Below, piece by piece: positions 60,471-64,000 of a stretch of 64,000 nt of DNA. Origin of the DNA: Burkholderiaceae bacterium. GTDB lineage: Bacteria; Pseudomonadota; Gammaproteobacteria; Burkholderiales; Burkholderiaceae_D. How positions within the stretch are numbered: the first letter of the stretch is position 1; each line of letters starts with the position of its first letter. A model generated the notes under the pieces. The model was not told the DNA's origin. It saw only the letters and a list, made by a program, of their open reading frames with translations, and did no database searches. The DNA is taken from the NCBI GenBank assembly GCA_036755305.1, contig DAIONG010000007.1, forward strand, positions 76,047 to 140,046. The letters are read 5' to 3'. The position numbers and the translations under genes were made by a program.

Positions 60471-61325
60471 CTAGGCAGCGCCATCCTTCCACGCCAGCAG
60501 CTTCGGCAGCAAGCCGGCGCTGGCGTGGCTGTCGAGCTTGCGGCAAAAGTGGGCGCCGGACGCCTTGATGCGCTCGAAGTCGCCCTCGTCCAGCACCTTG
60601 GGGTGACAAGCGCCGCCCTCGGGCCACGCGATGTACCGAAAATTGTCCGACAGCACCCGGCTGGCGAAGCGCGAATGCATCACCAGGGTCTGGAAGAACA
60701 GCTCGTCCGGCGACTGCACGCTGCGGCAAAAGCGCAGCAGGCGCGGATGCGCATCGGCCAGGGCCAGCACCTCGCGCAGGCAGTCACGCGACAGCGCCCA
60801 CCAGCACGAGCCGCCGTAGGGCGTCAATCCATCGGGCAAGCGGCGCGTGCGCCGCAGCAGGCGCAGGACGCGGTTGGCGGCGGCGCAGGCCAGGCGCGCG
60901 GCCGGATTGGCGCCGGAAGAATGAAAGTAAGCGTAGCGGTGCATCACGCGCCACCCGTCGAACGCGACCGGCGCGGTCTCGATCAGCTCGCGATCGCGCA
61001 GCCGCGCCAGGGCGGCCTTCAGCAGCGGGTTCGGCAACAAGGGGAAGTCCTGGGCCGACAACAAGACGAGCTTGTCGAAGCCCGGCGCCTCGGCCAGGAT
61101 CTGGCGCGCCGAGGCCAGGGTGGCCTCGACCTGGGACACATGGCCCCAACGCACGGCGACCCGCTCGCGCACGGCCCGGGCCTGTGGATGCAGGCGCGCC
61201 GGATCGAGTCCGCTCTTGCGGTCGAGGTGCACATAGACCAGGAAATCCGGATCGCACAACTGCCCCACCAGCCGGTTGAGCTGGTCCAGGTCCTTGTGCG
61301 CGCAGATCAGGAATACCTGTCTCAT
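60471..61325 (-). CDS. GT14-family (core-2/I-branching type) glycosyltransferase
   Basis: The ORF track frame extends to 61718. I chose the ATG at 61323-61325 (MRQVFLICAHKDLDQLNRLVGQL...). 284 aa with GT14-type motifs (VRWGHVSQVEATL, GGSCWWALSRD). Confidence 0.7.
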   Translation of the reverse strand: MRQVFLICAHKDLDQLNRLVGQLCDPDFLVYVHLDRKSGLDPARLHPQARAVRERVAVRWGHVSQVEATLASARQILAEAPGFDKLVLLSAQDFPLLPNPLLKAALARLRDRELIETAPVAFDGWRVMHRYAYFHSSGANPAARLACAAANRVLRLLRRTRRLPDGLTPYGGSCWWALSRDCLREVLALADAHPRLLRFCRSVQSPDELFFQTLVMHSRFASRVLSDNFRYIAWPEGGACHPKVLDEGDFERIKASGAHFCRKLDSHASAGLLPKLLAWKDGAA

Positions 61326-61408
61326 CGATGGCCCGGCGAGCGTCCCGCTCATGCGCGACAACGCTAGCACGGCGCATCGGCGGGCCGCGCCAGCGAGCCA
61401 CTGGGCTA

Positions 61409-63643
61409 TTAATTCAAAGTCACGCTCTGGCCGGCGACGGTCACGGTGCGCACCGTGCCCGCCGTGGCGATGCTCACCGCCGGGCGCTTGCAACCGACGT
61501 CGAGCAGCACCAGGAACTCGGCGGTCGACTTGCCGTCGTTCTTGAGGTAGAAGGCGCCATGGTCCTCGACCACATTGACCTTGGCGCCCGGACCGATCCA
61601 CTTGGCGAAGCTGGCGTCCGCGTTCAGCGAGCGCAGGCATACCGACTGGCCACCGGCCGACACCTTGACGTTCTGCGCGTTCTCCACAGTCATGATGACC
61701 GGGGTGTGGATATTCCACTCATAGGTGCGGGCGATCGTGCTGGCCAGGCGGTCGCGCACCAGGATTGCGTTGCCGGCATTGCGCAGGTGCCAGACCTGGC
61801 GCTTGGCCATGGTCAGCTGGCCGCCATAGGCGGCGGTGGCGTCGCCCTCGGCGAAATCGTAGCTCGGCTGGGCGGCGAAGCCGGTAATCTTGCCGTTGCG
61901 CTGCAGCTGTTCGCGGTAGCCCGTCACCAGCTGGCCCTTGCCGCCGTCGAAGGTGACCGCATTCTGCGAGCGGGTCTGGTGATACCAGTCGTTCCAGTAC
62001 GGCGAACCATACCAGTCGTACCAGCCGGCCTTGACCAGCAGCGGCTGGCCCGCGCTCGACAGCAGCAGGCCGTTCTGGTCGCCATGGCTGTGGTTGAACG
62101 AGCCGTAGGGGCTCGACTTGAAGTACAGCGAGGTGCGGTCGACCGAGCCGATGTCGGTGTGCATCGAGGCCCAGCCGATGCTCGGATAATAGGCCGAGTT
62201 GGTCGGCGGCGCCTTGGTCTTGGTGTCCTTGATCGGCATCGGGTATGGCGCCTGCAGCAGGCTCAGCGTGTCTTCGGTGCCGCCCAGGTTGGCGACGTAC
62301 CAGGCCGCGCGCGGCGACACCATGCGCGAGCCGAAGGCGTGCCACACGCGGGTGTCGGGCTTGGTCTCGGAGCCGTCGCCGAAGGCGTGCACGCGCGAGC
62401 CTGGCGGCGTGAACTGGGTGGCAAAGTCGAGCAGGCCCTGGGCCCAGGGCTTGGCGTAGAAATTCACGCCGGACGCCTGCGACATCGGATCCCACAGCGC
62501 GACCAGGTAGCCGGCCGCGTATTCGGCATACGCGGTGCCGTTGGCATAGCCGCCCTCCTCGCCGCTCCAGGGCGACGGCGAATTGGCATAGGCGCGGAAC
62601 GAGAAGTCGAACCACTTCTGCGCCTCCGGGATGTCGCCCAGGGCCAGGGTCGAGATCAGCGACAGAAAGATCAGGCTCGTGTTGCCGTGCGAATCGAAGG
62701 GGTACTGGTCGAGGCGGCCGTTGTCGCCGGCCAGGTTGCCGTAGATCTCTTCGGTGCGGACCTTGACCGTGTTGAGCCAGCGCGCGCGGCGCGGCGCATC
62801 GAGGTCGCCGGCCAGGATGTCGACCGCCTTGATCAGCGAGACCGAGATCTGGCGCGTGGCCTGGTCCTGGTTGGCGTAGCTGGTCGGGCCGCGCGGATCC
62901 AGGGCGGCCATCTGGTCGCCGCGGCGCAGGGCCTCGTCGAGGAACAGGCGGTCGCCCTTCATGCGCCACATCACGGCGGCGGCCTCGAGCTGGCGGCTGG
63001 CTTCGTTGATATGCTGGCGGATATCGGTCTGCTGGCTGGCCATGGCCGCCGTCAGCGGCGAACTGATGACGATCGGCCAGCGCGCATCGCTCAGGGTCGG
63101 CACCGAGTTGATTTGCAGCTTGATCTCGTTGCTCATGCGGCTGACGTAGGGATCGAGTTCGGCGCGCCTGGCGGCGTTCCAGCTGGCGTAAGGCGTGAAC
63201 GAGGACGGCAGGCCGCGCGGCCGCGCCTTGGCCGTGATGCGCGCGCGCAGCGTGGCGTTGTCCGGCACCTCGAACAGGTTCGACTTGCTGGTGATCGAGA
63301 AGGCGCGCGGCGTCGACCAGTCGTTGCTGCCGACCGGACGCACGCGCCAGGTGTACTTGCCCAGGGCCAGGGCTTTCGGCGGCAGATACCAGTTGCGCTC
63401 CAGGACGACCTTGGTCGGCGCTCCGCCCGCTGCCGTGATCTCGAGCTCGTAGGCGGCGGGACCGGCGGCGTGGCGGGCCCAGGTGAAGCCGGGCGGATTC
63501 TGCGCCTGGACCTGGTTCAAGTCCGGGCTGGGTTGGACCACCAGGGGATCGGGGGACTGGGCCCAGTCAGCGCGCGCGCTCATGCATACCAACAGCGACG
63601 CCAACGCCAACGCGTGGACCAGACCTTTCCGGTGAAAATTCAT
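61409..63643 (-). CDS. secreted DUF4962 / heparinase II/III-family polysaccharide lyase-like protein
   Basis: 744 aa with a signal peptide (ALALASLLVCMSARA). The N-terminal Ig-like region contains YTWRVRPVG, the alpha-toroid region contains DSHGNTSLIFL, and the C-terminal Hepar_II_III region contains FNHSHGDQNGLLL...QNAVTFDG. Confidence 0.75.
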   Translation of the reverse strand: MNFHRKGLVHALALASLLVCMSARADWAQSPDPLVVQPSPDLNQVQAQNPPGFTWARHAAGPAAYELEITAAGGAPTKVVLERNWYLPPKALALGKYTWRVRPVGSNDWSTPRAFSITSKSNLFEVPDNATLRARITAKARPRGLPSSFTPYASWNAARRAELDPYVSRMSNEIKLQINSVPTLSDARWPIVISSPLTAAMASQQTDIRQHINEASRQLEAAAVMWRMKGDRLFLDEALRRGDQMAALDPRGPTSYANQDQATRQISVSLIKAVDILAGDLDAPRRARWLNTVKVRTEEIYGNLAGDNGRLDQYPFDSHGNTSLIFLSLISTLALGDIPEAQKWFDFSFRAYANSPSPWSGEEGGYANGTAYAEYAAGYLVALWDPMSQASGVNFYAKPWAQGLLDFATQFTPPGSRVHAFGDGSETKPDTRVWHAFGSRMVSPRAAWYVANLGGTEDTLSLLQAPYPMPIKDTKTKAPPTNSAYYPSIGWASMHTDIGSVDRTSLYFKSSPYGSFNHSHGDQNGLLLSSAGQPLLVKAGWYDWYGSPYWNDWYHQTRSQNAVTFDGGKGQLVTGYREQLQRNGKITGFAAQPSYDFAEGDATAAYGGQLTMAKRQVWHLRNAGNAILVRDRLASTIARTYEWNIHTPVIMTVENAQNVKVSAGGQSVCLRSLNADASFAKWIGPGAKVNVVEDHGAFYLKNDGKSTAEFLVLLDVGCKRPAVSIATAGTVRTVTVAGQSVTLN

Positions 63644-64000
63644 GCTGAAGCTCCGAGAGAACGAGATTGTTCAGGGACCGCGCCGCGAACGGGCGCTGGA
63701 TCGACACCTGCTGCAGGCGTCGGGCGACGCTTGCTTGATGGGAAGAATGTTACCGCAGGTTTTTTTGAACAAAATCAACTTCCCTAGGGAAATTAAAGGT
63801 TTATTTGCTTTTCGGCCCGGCGTTCGCGTGAAACCAACACGTCGGATTTAACATTTGGTGAACAGGATGTTCTGTCCTGTAACTGTCGTGCTCGGTGTGG
63901 AAAGACTGTGCGATAACTAGGGAAGCACTGATTTATTCTGGCGAGCTGCGAGCGGTCACGAAAAATGTGCCCTGCAAGGCGCAAACCGCAGCGATACCCC

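Noticed and set aside
63793-63984. 63-aa minus-strand ORF in the AT-rich right edge of the window.
   Set aside because: It has atypical composition, no Shine-Dalgarno sequence and no recognisable features. It is more likely the non-coding upstream region of the lyase gene.

Overview
High-GC proteobacterial chromosome segment. Gene content and the density of PEP-CTERM proteins suggest a betaproteobacterium of the Oxalobacteraceae type, but that is inference only. I saw no rRNA, tRNA, CRISPR array, transposase or integrase. 1-27 kb is mostly core metabolism and housekeeping: prpC-prpB with a textbook sigma-54 promoter, an ArsR/quinone-oxidoreductase/ABM unit, actP-yjcH, prpR, a cystathionine beta-synthase/gamma-lyase operon, an MCP, a low-GC HigB/HigA-like toxin-antitoxin islet, clpS-clpA, a cold-shock gene, dimeric and monomeric isocitrate dehydrogenases flanking rluE, rpsT, murJ, and a DsbD-like/thioredoxin-fold pair. 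27-48 kb is the accessory region of most interest. It holds a membrane histidine kinase with a NarL-type regulator, which converges on an 11-gene translationally coupled operon. That operon combines a genuine GspG pseudopilin, a GspF platform and a GspE ATPase with four PilM/N/O/P-like ORFs, a lipoprotein TPR-secretin fusion and three short G-like pseudopilins. This layout matches neither a canonical T2SS nor a T4aP. Beside it lie candidate cargo genes, a roughly 1050-aa S8 subtilase and a roughly 980-aa ExeM/NucH nuclease, each in an apparent two-gene operon with a PEP-CTERM protein. A third PEP-CTERM (TLD-like) protein and two small lipoproteins sit in the same region. 49-64 kb is an exopolysaccharide-type locus: manC, a second NDP-sugar pyrophosphorylase, galE, a WecB/TagA glycosyltransferase, a signal-less heparinase II/III-like protein, two GT4 enzymes, a CapK-like adenylating enzyme, a GT14 enzyme and a secreted DUF4962/heparinase-like lyase. 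No exosortase, PrsK/PrsR or Wza/Wzc/Wzx/Wzy gene is visible in the window. Start codons that I moved inward from the ORF track are stated per feature. All functional calls come from motif and family recognition by eye, not from searches.
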